Shown in pieces: positions 20,399 through 29,434 of a DNA stretch of 64,000 bases. The position numbers were made by a program, and so were the translations under genes. The stretch covers positions 62,001 through 126,000 of the IMG/VR virus record IMGVR_UViG_3300042562_001598; one strand, written 5' to 3'. The notes below the pieces were generated by a model. The model did no database searches and was not told where the DNA came from. It saw only the letters and a program-made list of their open reading frames with translations. Each line of letters opens with the position of its first letter. Within the stretch, counting starts at the first letter, position 1.

Positions 20399-21574
20399 AT
20401 GTTTTCACGAATAAAATTTGATATTAGTGCTATGGTTACTGATATTTATAGTAAAATACCTCAAGAGATGTTTGAGTCTGATGTAACTACTTTTGTAGAT
20501 ATACAAGCGGCTGGATTACAATTTATCATTCCTTTAATAGAGATACTTCGTAAGAAAGGACATTCTGACGATAACATTCGTAATAGAGTGTATGCTTATG
20601 CCGAGAATGATTTATATTTAAATTACGTTATGTTTAAATATAAGGGCTTACCAATAACGTATAAAATATATGATGAAAAAATTAATATGAAATTTGATGT
20701 TGTAATTGGTAATCCACCTTATAATAAACAAGTTGGACCTAAAAAAACTCAACCTGTGTGGCCTAAATTTGTTGAAAAATCTTTTGATATGTGTAAGGAA
20801 GACGGTTACGTTAGTTTAATACATCCAAATGGATGGAGAAATTTTGATGGAAAGTTTAAGGATATTCAAAAATTATTATTATCTAAATGTGTTAAATATA
20901 TTAATATGAATTCACCTAGTGATGGTGTAGAAGTATTTAAAGCTCAAATTGCTTTTGATTATTATCTTATACAAAATAAAAGTCATGAAAATGAATTGGT
21001 TGATATTGTTGATTATGATGATAAATTACACAATATTGACATTAGAAATTTTGATTTTATACCAAATAGTAATATAGATTTAGTTTATTCTTTAGTTGCT
21101 AAAGAAGGTGAGGAGACTGTTAAAATTTTACATAGTTATTCTGATTATGAAACCAGAAAAAATTATATGTCAAAAGTTAGGACTGAAGAACATATTTACC
21201 CTTGTGTGTATACTGTAAAAACTAATGACACATTAACATATTTTTATAGCAATAAAAACGATAACGGACATTTTGGCGTTCCCAAAGTAATATGGGGTAA
21301 CGGTGCTAGTTATGGTGTGATTATTGACGAAAATGGTGAATATGGTTTGACACAGTTCTCATACGCTATTGTTGATGAACCTAATAATTTACCGTTAATA
21401 AAAAAAGTATTGCAAAGTAAGTGTTTTATTCAGAATATTATGGGGTATTATGGTGGTACAACGTTAATAATATTTAACAGAAAAATTATCTCAACATTTC
21501 GTAAAGATTTTTGGAAAGAATTTCTTGATGAAAATAACAATGTTATAGAACCAAAACTTACAGATGTTAAATAA
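20399..21574 (+). CDS. N6-adenine DNA methyltransferase catalytic/TRD part (Eco57I-like)
   Basis: MKFDVVIGNPPY motif IV, GYVSLIHP..W; degenerate motif I (FVDIQAAGLQF); promoter TTTG-N19-TAttTTTG at 20351-81. Confidence 0.8.
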   Translation: MFSRIKFDISAMVTDIYSKIPQEMFESDVTTFVDIQAAGLQFIIPLIEILRKKGHSDDNIRNRVYAYAENDLYLNYVMFKYKGLPITYKIYDEKINMKFDVVIGNPPYNKQVGPKKTQPVWPKFVEKSFDMCKEDGYVSLIHPNGWRNFDGKFKDIQKLLLSKCVKYINMNSPSDGVEVFKAQIAFDYYLIQNKSHENELVDIVDYDDKLHNIDIRNFDFIPNSNIDLVYSLVAKEGEETVKILHSYSDYETRKNYMSKVRTEEHIYPCVYTVKTNDTLTYFYSNKNDNGHFGVPKVIWGNGASYGVIIDENGEYGLTQFSYAIVDEPNNLPLIKKVLQSKCFIQNIMGYYGGTTLIIFNRKIISTFRKDFWKEFLDENNNVIEPKLTDVK

Positions 21575-21986
21575 ATATAAAAAACATATAAGAGACAGAG
21601 TTTATATGTCGGGTATTGATAGAGATAAACTTAGAATTAAACAAACTGCTGAGGTATTTACACCTCAGCATCTTGTTATAACAACATTAGATAAATTGGA
21701 ATTAGAAAATCCGGAATTATTTACTGACCCAACAAAAACTTTTATAGATAATAGTTGTGGTGATGGTGAGTTCCTGGGGGAGATTGTAATACGAAAGATG
21801 GAACGTAGTGGTTGTACATTAGAACAAGCTTTATCAACCACTTATGGTGTTGATATAATGGAAGATAATATTGAGGAATGTAAAAAGAGATTGGCTGGTC
21901 CTACACCTACTGAAGAAATATACAGAATCCTTAATAAAAATATTGTTTGTCACGATGGTTTAACTTATAATTACGATTTTAATTAA
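21564..21986 (+). CDS. Stand-alone SAM-binding N-terminal part of an N6-adenine methyltransferase
   Basis: AEVFTP (motif X), FIDNSCGDGEFL (motif I), YGVDI, NIVCHDGL; no NPPY. Confidence 0.75.
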   Translation: MLNKYKKHIRDRVYMSGIDRDKLRIKQTAEVFTPQHLVITTLDKLELENPELFTDPTKTFIDNSCGDGEFLGEIVIRKMERSGCTLEQALSTTYGVDIMEDNIEECKKRLAGPTPTEEIYRILNKNIVCHDGLTYNYDFN

Positions 21987-22040
21987 AAAAATTTGGTAAT
22001 TCAAAAAAAGGTGTTATCTTTGATAAAAATAAATGACACT

Positions 22041-22601
22041 ATGAAAACTCAAACAAAATACATCTTATTTGTTTTTACTAAACAAGATAATTTAAATGAA
22101 TTAGTAACATTGATTGCTGAAGAACTTACACCAATTTCTTATTCCCCTAAGATTAATTATTATTATGATAATCAATCTATGATATTCACATTTGATTCCC
22201 AGGAAGAATTTGGTGATATTAAAGAGTATGTTGACATTCTGTTTGACGACTTAGATATGACATATGTGTTATTACCTTACAACACTGACAATATGTCATA
22301 CAATACACCTATTGATGTGTCAAATCATTTATTTGACCTAAATTTACCTGAAGATGTGTCAGGTAATATTGATGCGGGGCGAAAATTGTTACATGATGAA
22401 TTAACTGACAACGTTATGTCATTTTTCAAAAAGATTGAATTTAATGAAGAAATTGACGAAGATGATGATGAAGATATTTTATTAAAACAAATAAAACCAT
22501 TACCTTTGACCTTGGACAACATTTTAGATAAAATAAATGATTGCGGGATTTCTTCTCTAACAAATGATGAATTAAATTTATTAAACAAATACTCTAAATA
22601 A
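22041..22601 (+). CDS. Hypothetical acidic protein
   Basis: ATG at 22041 follows TTTG-N19-TAtcTTTG; C-terminal LDNILDKINDCGISSLT. Confidence 0.6.
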   Translation: MKTQTKYILFVFTKQDNLNELVTLIAEELTPISYSPKINYYYDNQSMIFTFDSQEEFGDIKEYVDILFDDLDMTYVLLPYNTDNMSYNTPIDVSNHLFDLNLPEDVSGNIDAGRKLLHDELTDNVMSFFKKIEFNEEIDEDDDEDILLKQIKPLPLTLDNILDKINDCGISSLTNDELNLLNKYSK

Positions 22602-22604
22602 TAT

Positions 22605-23405
22605 ATGAAAACTAAAAGCTATTCAATTCCGATTAATCAAGAAGAAATTAATGTTTATCTTAAAGATATTCGTAAGATAAAAGTTATGACTCCTGAACGA
22701 GAGAGAGAACTATCAGCACTTATAAGTTCTGGGACATTAACTGAAAAAGAAATTCAACAAGTTAATAAGGAACTTTTGGAAGGTAACTTACGATTTGTAA
22801 TTACGGTCGCTAAACAATATCAAAACCAAGGATTACCATTTCCTGACTTAATCGCTGAAGGTAATTTAGGTCTTATGAAAGCCATTCATAATTTTGACTG
22901 GTCAAAAAACCTAAGATTTATTTCTTATGCTGTATGGTGGGTTAAACAATCTATTTTACAATCATTGAATGATAATGCTAGAACTATACGACTACCGGTT
23001 AATGTTGTTCAGGATTTACATCGTGCTAAGAAAGAGATTGAAAATAATGGTGGAAAACTTGAAGATAAGTTTCAAAATTTACCATCAATGATATGTTTAG
23101 ATATGAGTATTAATGAAGATGGTGACACTTTAGTTGACATAATTAAAAACGACCAAGCGGATATGCCGGATGAAATATTTAATAGTAAGGATTTATTAAA
23201 ACAAAAACTTATGTCTTTATTACATATGTTAAATGAAAGAGAAAAAATCATTATTGAGGATTATTTTGGATTGTCGGGTGCACCAAGAACACTTGAGGAT
23301 ATTGGTAATGATTTTGGATTAACTAAAGAAAGGGTTAGACAAATCAAAGAGAAGTCAATTAGATTTTTAAGAAACAATTCTAAAGAATTATTTGATTATG
23401 TATAA
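22605..23405 (+). CDS. RNA polymerase sigma70-family factor, Bacteroidota primary-sigma-like
   Basis: YLKDI (1.2), NLRFVITVAKQYQNQGL, DLIAEGNLGL, FISYAVWW, RTIRLP (region 2), TLEDIG...LTKERVRQI (region 4). Confidence 0.92.
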   Translation: MKTKSYSIPINQEEINVYLKDIRKIKVMTPERERELSALISSGTLTEKEIQQVNKELLEGNLRFVITVAKQYQNQGLPFPDLIAEGNLGLMKAIHNFDWSKNLRFISYAVWWVKQSILQSLNDNARTIRLPVNVVQDLHRAKKEIENNGGKLEDKFQNLPSMICLDMSINEDGDTLVDIIKNDQADMPDEIFNSKDLLKQKLMSLLHMLNEREKIIIEDYFGLSGAPRTLEDIGNDFGLTKERVRQIKEKSIRFLRNNSKELFDYV

Positions 23406-23425
23406 GATTAAATGAAAAAATATAG

Positions 23426-23458
23426 AAACCTTCTATTTATTATAATAGAAGGTTTTTT
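23426..23458 (+). terminator. Intrinsic terminator containing a TATTTAT motif
   Basis: AAACCTTCTATT...AATAGAAGGTTT + T-run. Confidence 0.7.
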
Positions 23459-23482
23459 ATTTTTAGTAAAAAAGAAATATTT

Positions 23483-23755
23483 ATGAAAACAATTGTTAAT
23501 TTTATTGATGTATGGGGTAACCGAATAGTATTTTTACTAGTATTGGTTATTTTTATGAAAACTTGTACCACAAATGGGAAAGTTGATAAGGTGGCTCAAA
23601 GAGTGGATTCTTTAGAGGTAACACTAACTGAAGGTATTAAGATTGAGGGCTTAAAATCTGAAAAAAGAATGATTCAGTCAACGGATAGAAAAATTTTAGA
23701 TGTTCAACGACAGACTGAAATTGATAAAGAATTAAACAAACTTATAAAGAAATAA
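23483..23755 (+). CDS. Small N-terminally membrane-anchored protein
   Basis: Hydrophobic IVFLLVLVIF followed by KTC and a coiled coil. Confidence 0.6.
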   Translation: MKTIVNFIDVWGNRIVFLLVLVIFMKTCTTNGKVDKVAQRVDSLEVTLTEGIKIEGLKSEKRMIQSTDRKILDVQRQTEIDKELNKLIKK

Positions 23756-24693
23756 TGAATTTAATTTGGAAGTGGTTAAAAGAAAATCCGATAAGGTCAA
23801 TGTTTTTAATACCAATTTTATTGGTTACGGTAATATCCATATCACATGTTGTTGCTTGGTATTCATTATCTAACCCAATTAGTTGGGCTATTTATCTATC
23901 TATAGCTATTGAAGCGGCTGCGATGACAGCATTGGTAGCTGCAACTAATAGAATTAAAGGTGGAGTCTGGATAATGTTTGGTTTAGTAACTTTAATTCAG
24001 ATGATTGGTAATATATTCTTCTCATATAAAGAGATTGATTCTAATAGTGACTTATTTAAGTCTTGGGTTGAATTAACTAGTCCTATTTGGGAACTGTTAG
24101 GTTCTGATATTAACGATGTGGTGTCATTAAAAAGATGGTTAGCGTTTTTAGAAGGTGGGTTATTACCTATAATTTCTTTAACTTCTTTGCACTTTTTTGT
24201 TAAATATGATGAACTTGACCTGGAGAATAAAAAAGTTTTAAATGAAGTTTTTGAAGAAAAAAAAAATGAATCTGAAGATTTAGATGATTCTATTAATGAA
24301 TCAATTGATGTTGAAGTTATGGAATCTGAAGATTTAGAAACTGAAGATATTCTTGAATCTGAAGTGTTAAAACTTGAAAGTAATATTGAAGAAGTTATAG
24401 AGGATGAGGTTCAAGATGTCACCGACACAAATGTCACCGACACAAATGTCGGAGACATAACTGAAAGTGTTACTAACACTGACCTTATCAGTGAAGAACA
24501 ACAAAGAATAATTGATAATACTAATTTAAGTAATTTAGAGTATGTTAAAAAAATGCTCGGAATTCCAAACCCTATTACACAAACTACAGAACCGGAAATT
24601 GAAAAAGAAGACGAAATTATAATTGATGACAATACTAATGATGGTGAAATTTCAGATAATAAAGTAAGACTAACTTATACAAAAAATAGTTAA
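23755..24693 (+). CDS. Four-TM membrane protein with acidic C-terminal tail
   Basis: About four hydrophobic helices then an E/D-rich tail; 15-bp tandem duplication at 24416-24450. Confidence 0.6.
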   Translation: MNLIWKWLKENPIRSMFLIPILLVTVISISHVVAWYSLSNPISWAIYLSIAIEAAAMTALVAATNRIKGGVWIMFGLVTLIQMIGNIFFSYKEIDSNSDLFKSWVELTSPIWELLGSDINDVVSLKRWLAFLEGGLLPIISLTSLHFFVKYDELDLENKKVLNEVFEEKKNESEDLDDSINESIDVEVMESEDLETEDILESEVLKLESNIEEVIEDEVQDVTDTNVTDTNVGDITESVTNTDLISEEQQRIIDNTNLSNLEYVKKMLGIPNPITQTTEPEIEKEDEIIIDDNTNDGEISDNKVRLTYTKNS

Positions 24694-24720
24694 TCATAAA
24701 TATTTTTAATTCATCATAAA

Positions 24721-25317
24721 ATGGTTGAAATAATTAAATATGGTAAGTTCAAACCTAAAGGAAAACAAAAAAAGAAACGACAAATAATATTAACTCATAC
24801 CTCAAGAAATATTAATGATTATCTATTGATGTTAAAACATAGGTATAATGGGAAATATAGTAGAATACCCAATTATATTATAACTCAAGATGGTAAAGTA
24901 TTACAATTATTGGGTAATGGGGAGTACTCAACATATTTTCAAGATTTAAATGTTGATAGAAATTCGGTTATTATATGTTTAGAAAATTTGGGATGGTTAC
25001 AAAAAGAACCAATGACAGGTAATTATATTAATTGGATTGGTGATATTTATAAAGGAAATACCATTGATAAAAAATGGAGAGACTATTATTTTTGGCATCC
25101 ATATTCAGATAGTCAAATGAACTCGTTAAGTTTTTTATGTAAAAAAATATTAAAAGAAATTTCGATTAAAACACAAATTATAAGTAATAATACTAAAATA
25201 ACTAATATTGAAAAACATGAAGGGATTGTAACGAGAAGTAATTTTAATCTTAATTTTACAGATGTTAGTCCCGCATTTAATTTTGATAACTTTATAAAAC
25301 AAATAGAAAATGAATAG
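24721..25317 (+). CDS. N-acetylmuramoyl-L-alanine amidase (Amidase_2)-fold protein, possibly inactive
   Basis: IILTHTS, PNYII..DGKVLQL, NSVIICLEN, YSDSQ..SL, DVSPAF. Confidence 0.7.
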   Translation: MVEIIKYGKFKPKGKQKKKRQIILTHTSRNINDYLLMLKHRYNGKYSRIPNYIITQDGKVLQLLGNGEYSTYFQDLNVDRNSVIICLENLGWLQKEPMTGNYINWIGDIYKGNTIDKKWRDYYFWHPYSDSQMNSLSFLCKKILKEISIKTQIISNNTKITNIEKHEGIVTRSNFNLNFTDVSPAFNFDNFIKQIENE

Positions 25318-25885
25318 TTCACACGATGAAATTAAAAAATTACTAAAAGCTTCAAGAACCTTATTAAGTAATGATAAATTAAATGAAGACATTAATACTA
25401 TTAGAAAACAATATAGTCTTCTAACTGAAGATGATACTACTACTAAATTAGATTTGTCTAAATCTGTTGAAGATAAAATTGATGATGATACCGAAAGTAG
25501 TGATGATAAATCTCAAACTTATAGAATTTCAGGTGGATTATTATCATTACATGGTAAAAGTCAAACAGACTTAGAATTAACTACAGATGAAAAATTAGCG
25601 TTCCAAGAAACTATGGATGATTTTGTTGCGGAAGTTGCGGATTTAGTTGATTTCAATAAGTTAAATGTTTATCCAAATAATGTTGAATGGTCTGGTAAAA
25701 TTATTGACGCTAATATTGATTTCTTCTTTTCAATAGGTGAGGAAAATGGTGTTTATATTAATGGTGATATGATAAAAACGGATGATGAATTTTTAGAAAT
25801 GATTAATAAATTAAAAACTTTTTACGAAAAATTTAAATCAAAATGGGCTACTATATTAGCTGATAGAAAAAAAACGATTAAGTAA
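25310..25885 (+). CDS. Hypothetical putative virion protein
   Basis: N-terminal leader with LNE/LLTE motifs. Confidence 0.55.
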   Translation: MNSSHDEIKKLLKASRTLLSNDKLNEDINTIRKQYSLLTEDDTTTKLDLSKSVEDKIDDDTESSDDKSQTYRISGGLLSLHGKSQTDLELTTDEKLAFQETMDDFVAEVADLVDFNKLNVYPNNVEWSGKIIDANIDFFFSIGEENGVYINGDMIKTDDEFLEMINKLKTFYEKFKSKWATILADRKKTIK

Positions 25886-25886
25886 T

Positions 25887-26516
25887 ATGAAGAATTTTTT
25901 AAATTCTATTGACCTTAAAACTCTATTAATTATAGGGTTAATAATTTTATTAGTATTTAGTAAAGGTTGTAAAGACGATAATGATGTTAAAGGTGGTACT
26001 ACAACTATTGGAGGTAAAACATATCAAGATGTCAAACATACAGTGGATACTATTATAGTTCCAAAAATTCAAATTGAATACAGACCTGGTAAGACTATTT
26101 ATAAAGAGAGACCTATATTTGTTTCAATGCCAAGAGAAGTTGATACTGCGTTTATATTAAAAGATTATTATTCTAAAGTTGTTTATAAAGACACTTTAAA
26201 GTTAAAAGATAGTTTAGGTTACATATCAGTTATTGATACTATTAGTGAGAATAAAATAAAAGGTAGAGTTTGGAATTCACAGGTTAATCAAATAATAATT
26301 AAAGATACTAAAATAGTTAAAGAAATACCGGTTAATCAATTATATATTGGGGGTGTTGCCGGATTTGATAGAGTTAATATTGTTAATTATGTTGGTCCTA
26401 CTTTAACATTGAAAACAAAAAAAGATAAGTTATATTCTTTAGGTGTTGGATATGGAACAAATAAACAAATATCTATCCAAGGTGGGATATTTTGGAAAAT
26501 AAAACTAAAAAAATAA
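25887..26516 (+). CDS. Lipoprotein/membrane-anchored protein, spanin-like candidate
   Basis: Hydrophobic signal + SKGC; DT repeats; C-terminal amphipathic beta strands ending GIFWKIKLKK. Confidence 0.5.
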   Translation: MKNFLNSIDLKTLLIIGLIILLVFSKGCKDDNDVKGGTTTIGGKTYQDVKHTVDTIIVPKIQIEYRPGKTIYKERPIFVSMPREVDTAFILKDYYSKVVYKDTLKLKDSLGYISVIDTISENKIKGRVWNSQVNQIIIKDTKIVKEIPVNQLYIGGVAGFDRVNIVNYVGPTLTLKTKKDKLYSLGVGYGTNKQISIQGGIFWKIKLKK

Positions 26517-26761
26517 TGGCACTTACATCTACAGAAAAAAAAGAAATTGAAGTCTTGATTAGAAAAGAAATTAAAGATTTCTTGGGGTCTAACACTGTTC
26601 AACAACATGAACAAAAGATTATTGATATGTTATCTAAAGAATTGAAACGAGGTAAACTTGAAGGTGATGTTAAAGACATTGTTGTAAAAGTTTTTAGAGA
26701 ATTCTATAACTTTATGTGGACTCAAAGAGGGTATTGGGAACCAAGACTAAAAAACGCTTAA
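26516..26761 (+). CDS. Hypothetical protein
   Basis: ATG overlaps the previous stop (TAATG). Confidence 0.6.
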   Translation: MALTSTEKKEIEVLIRKEIKDFLGSNTVQQHEQKIIDMLSKELKRGKLEGDVKDIVVKVFREFYNFMWTQRGYWEPRLKNA

Positions 26762-26762
26762 A

Positions 26763-27266
26763 ATGGGAAATTTTACAGATAATTTAAAAAGTGCTATTCC
26801 AGGTGAGATGGCTAAAGCTGGTGTGCTTAGTAAAGGTACTGAAGGTATGTTAGCTTCAAGTGAATTTGTTAGAGGTTTAGGTGAAGACGAAGAAGTTGAA
26901 GAAGCGACAGGCGCTGGTTCAGCTGGGCAAATATCTCAACCATTATTTTCTAAAGTTGAAGCTACTGAAGCGACAGGGTCTGGGTCTTCAGGTTCATATG
27001 AAACTCCGGCGGCTTGGGCTAAAACTATGAGTAAAAAAAATTGGAGAGGTAAATCAAAACCATTAATACCTGGAGGTAAATTCGTCCAAGTAAAATCTAA
27101 ATGTAAAAAGTTTCCATATTGTAATCAGGGTGATATTAAAGCTTTGAAAATATTTGAGGATGAAACGATTAAAAAAATTATTAGTAAAGTGAGTAAATCA
27201 CATAACATAAGTGAAAATGTTATTAAAACTATTTTAGCTTATGAATATGAACAAATTAAAAAATAA
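26763..27266 (+). CDS. Hypothetical putative virion protein
   Basis: Repeated EATG(A/S)GS(A/S)G; CKKFPYCNQG. Confidence 0.55.
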   Translation: MGNFTDNLKSAIPGEMAKAGVLSKGTEGMLASSEFVRGLGEDEEVEEATGAGSAGQISQPLFSKVEATEATGSGSSGSYETPAAWAKTMSKKNWRGKSKPLIPGGKFVQVKSKCKKFPYCNQGDIKALKIFEDETIKKIISKVSKSHNISENVIKTILAYEYEQIKK

Positions 27267-27290
27267 AGATATTTATAATAAAACTTAAAA

Positions 27291-28481
27291 ATGAAAAAAT
27301 TAAATACAACTTACTTAGATAATTTAATTGGAAAAATATTAAATGAGACTTTAGAAGAAAAAGCTGATAAACTGGTTTCAAAAATAAATGAACTTGGTGG
27401 TATTGGTTCAGATGATGAATTCTCTGAAGACGAATGGATTGATGTTAATAATTTGGAGGAAGGTGAAGTGGGAGATTTTCCGAAACACCAAGCTTTTGAT
27501 TATGTTGAGGAAGAAGAAGGTAATGAGGATGAAAAACCTGGTTATGTTAACCAATTAGATGATGAAACTTGCAAATATCATATGAAAAATTTTGGTCCTG
27601 ACGATGAAATGACTAAGGAATTTTGTAAATCTGAAATGACTGAAACTTTAAAAGGGAAACAAAAAGTTTTGGATAAAAACAAAAACAATAAGATTGATTC
27701 TGAAGACTTTAAGTTATTAAGAAAAGGTGTTCAAAATGAATCTGTATGTCCTAAATGTGGGATGGAAGATTGTAAATGTAATCACAAAAAAACAACTAAA
27801 GAGTCTATTAAATTAACTGAATCTGAAATGGTTAATTTAATTGAAAAAATAATATTAGAACAAAAAACTCAAGACAATATAAAAAGTATTGGAATGGCTA
27901 AAGGTTATGACAAATACAACCAAGTTCATAAAAAATCAGGTAAAGAAAATGAGGATAGTCTTAAAGATGTTGCTAAAAAAATGAAAGATTATGTTGCAGC
28001 TGGTTCTAAAGGTGAATATACTGAAAATCCTACACATTTCCCAAAAGGTAATGGTGAGTTAGCGAAAATGTCAAAAAAAACTTATACGATGTCAGACGCT
28101 GGTAAAGAATTCATTGATGACTTTATGAGACCAGGTATGGAGAATTTAGATTATGATGAAATTCACCCTAATGACGAATGGATGAAAAAAACTATTGAAG
28201 GTTCATCTGAAACAGGTAATAGTTCAGAATATGCTAACGCTGTGAAAACAGATGTTAATTCAAGGATTAATAAAAAGAGAGAAGAAAATAAATTCGCTAA
28301 AGCTAAACGAATGGCTTATAACAAATCTAAACAACCTGTTGTTATGGATAAAACTGGTGAAGAAACAGGAAAAGGTCTTAACATTAAGACTGAATCGGTT
28401 AATGATAAGACTCAAAACAAAATTAATGAAGAATTTGATAAAATGAAATCATTAATATCTTACAATAGGAAGACTCAATAA
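27291..28481 (+). CDS. Putative head-internal/core protein with EF-hand-like and Cys motifs
   Basis: TATTTAT at 27270; ILNE, LTESE...IILEQ and INEE motifs; LDKNKNNKIDSEDF; CPKCGMEDCKC. Confidence 0.55.
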   Translation: MKKLNTTYLDNLIGKILNETLEEKADKLVSKINELGGIGSDDEFSEDEWIDVNNLEEGEVGDFPKHQAFDYVEEEEGNEDEKPGYVNQLDDETCKYHMKNFGPDDEMTKEFCKSEMTETLKGKQKVLDKNKNNKIDSEDFKLLRKGVQNESVCPKCGMEDCKCNHKKTTKESIKLTESEMVNLIEKIILEQKTQDNIKSIGMAKGYDKYNQVHKKSGKENEDSLKDVAKKMKDYVAAGSKGEYTENPTHFPKGNGELAKMSKKTYTMSDAGKEFIDDFMRPGMENLDYDEIHPNDEWMKKTIEGSSETGNSSEYANAVKTDVNSRINKKREENKFAKAKRMAYNKSKQPVVMDKTGEETGKGLNIKTESVNDKTQNKINEEFDKMKSLISYNRKTQ

Positions 28482-28531
28482 TTTACATATTAAAAAACAC
28501 CTCTATAATTCTCCATATACATAAAAACTAT

Positions 28532-28999
28532 ATGGAGAATTTTTTTAATTATATTACAAAACCATTAACCTCTGATGATGTGGATACTTGGTTACGAATT
28601 AACAACATAATACCTGAAAAACTGGAATTGTTTTCAGACTTTTCTCATTCCTTAAATTTCTTGATTTTAGACACTTATTTAGGTGAAAACAACCTCAATA
28701 ATGAAACTAAAATAACTTTAACGGAAAATGATAATACAGCTCATTTTGAGTGGTGTTGGGGTAAAGTTATTGATAACTTCAATAAAGAAAATATAGAATT
28801 CTACTCTGAAGGAGACCACTACGATTACTTCCTATCATTCTTCAACGAGGTATTTTATAATCAACGAGATTCAACGATTAGACAAACAATAGGTGACTTT
28901 TTCAAGGATTTATTTAATCTTGATAAGTCATTTACTAAATCTGATTTAGATATGATTACAACAATATATAAATTATTGGATAAACATATTAAAAAATAA
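28532..28999 (+). CDS. Hypothetical protein
   Basis: 155-aa ORF; TTTACA-N16-TATAAT upstream. Confidence 0.6.
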   Translation: MENFFNYITKPLTSDDVDTWLRINNIIPEKLELFSDFSHSLNFLILDTYLGENNLNNETKITLTENDNTAHFEWCWGKVIDNFNKENIEFYSEGDHYDYFLSFFNEVFYNQRDSTIRQTIGDFFKDLFNLDKSFTKSDLDMITTIYKLLDKHIKK

Positions 29000-29067
29000 C
29001 TTTACAATTAGGGAAAATAAAATTATTTTTCATTCTATAAACAATAAATTAATAAAAAACAAATTAG

Positions 29068-29244
29068 ATGGAAACATTAGAACAAATCAAAGTTTTGACT
29101 GAAGAATTATCAGTTAATGTTACTAAATTTTACAAAGGTAACGATAGTGCTGGAACTAGAGCTAGAAAAACTTCTCAAGAACTTAAAACTTTATTACAGA
29201 CATTAAGAACTGAAATTTTAGACAAAAGAAAAAAAATTGAGTAA
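29068..29244 (+). CDS. Histone H1-like (Hc1 family) small protein (not in ORF track)
   Basis: 58 aa METLEQIKVLTEELSVNVTKFYKGNDSAGTRARKTSQELKTLLQTLRTEILDKRKKIE; GNxSAGTRARK signature. Confidence 0.8.
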   Translation: METLEQIKVLTEELSVNVTKFYKGNDSAGTRARKTSQELKTLLQTLRTEILDKRKKIE

Positions 29245-29432
29245 TGAGCGATATTAATACATTATATTTATTTGTATTTATTTTCTCAATACTGGTTATT
29301 TTAAGGTCAGTTATCAAGTTAATAAGTTCACTATTTAAAGAAGTACCTGAAAAATACTCATTATATTATGGTGAACTTATATTTCTTGGTTTGTCAATAT
29401 CATACATAACAACATACATTATACAACATTAA
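29244..29432 (+). CDS. Small two-TM membrane protein
   Basis: Two hydrophobic segments; TAATG coupling. Confidence 0.6.
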   Translation: MSDINTLYLFVFIFSILVILRSVIKLISSLFKEVPEKYSLYYGELIFLGLSISYITTYIIQH

Positions 29433-29434
29433 CT

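Noticed and set aside
24416-24457. 15-bp tandem duplication with imperfect palindrome (VTDTNVTDTNVG)
   Set aside because: In-frame microduplication in a disordered acidic tail; no evidence of function
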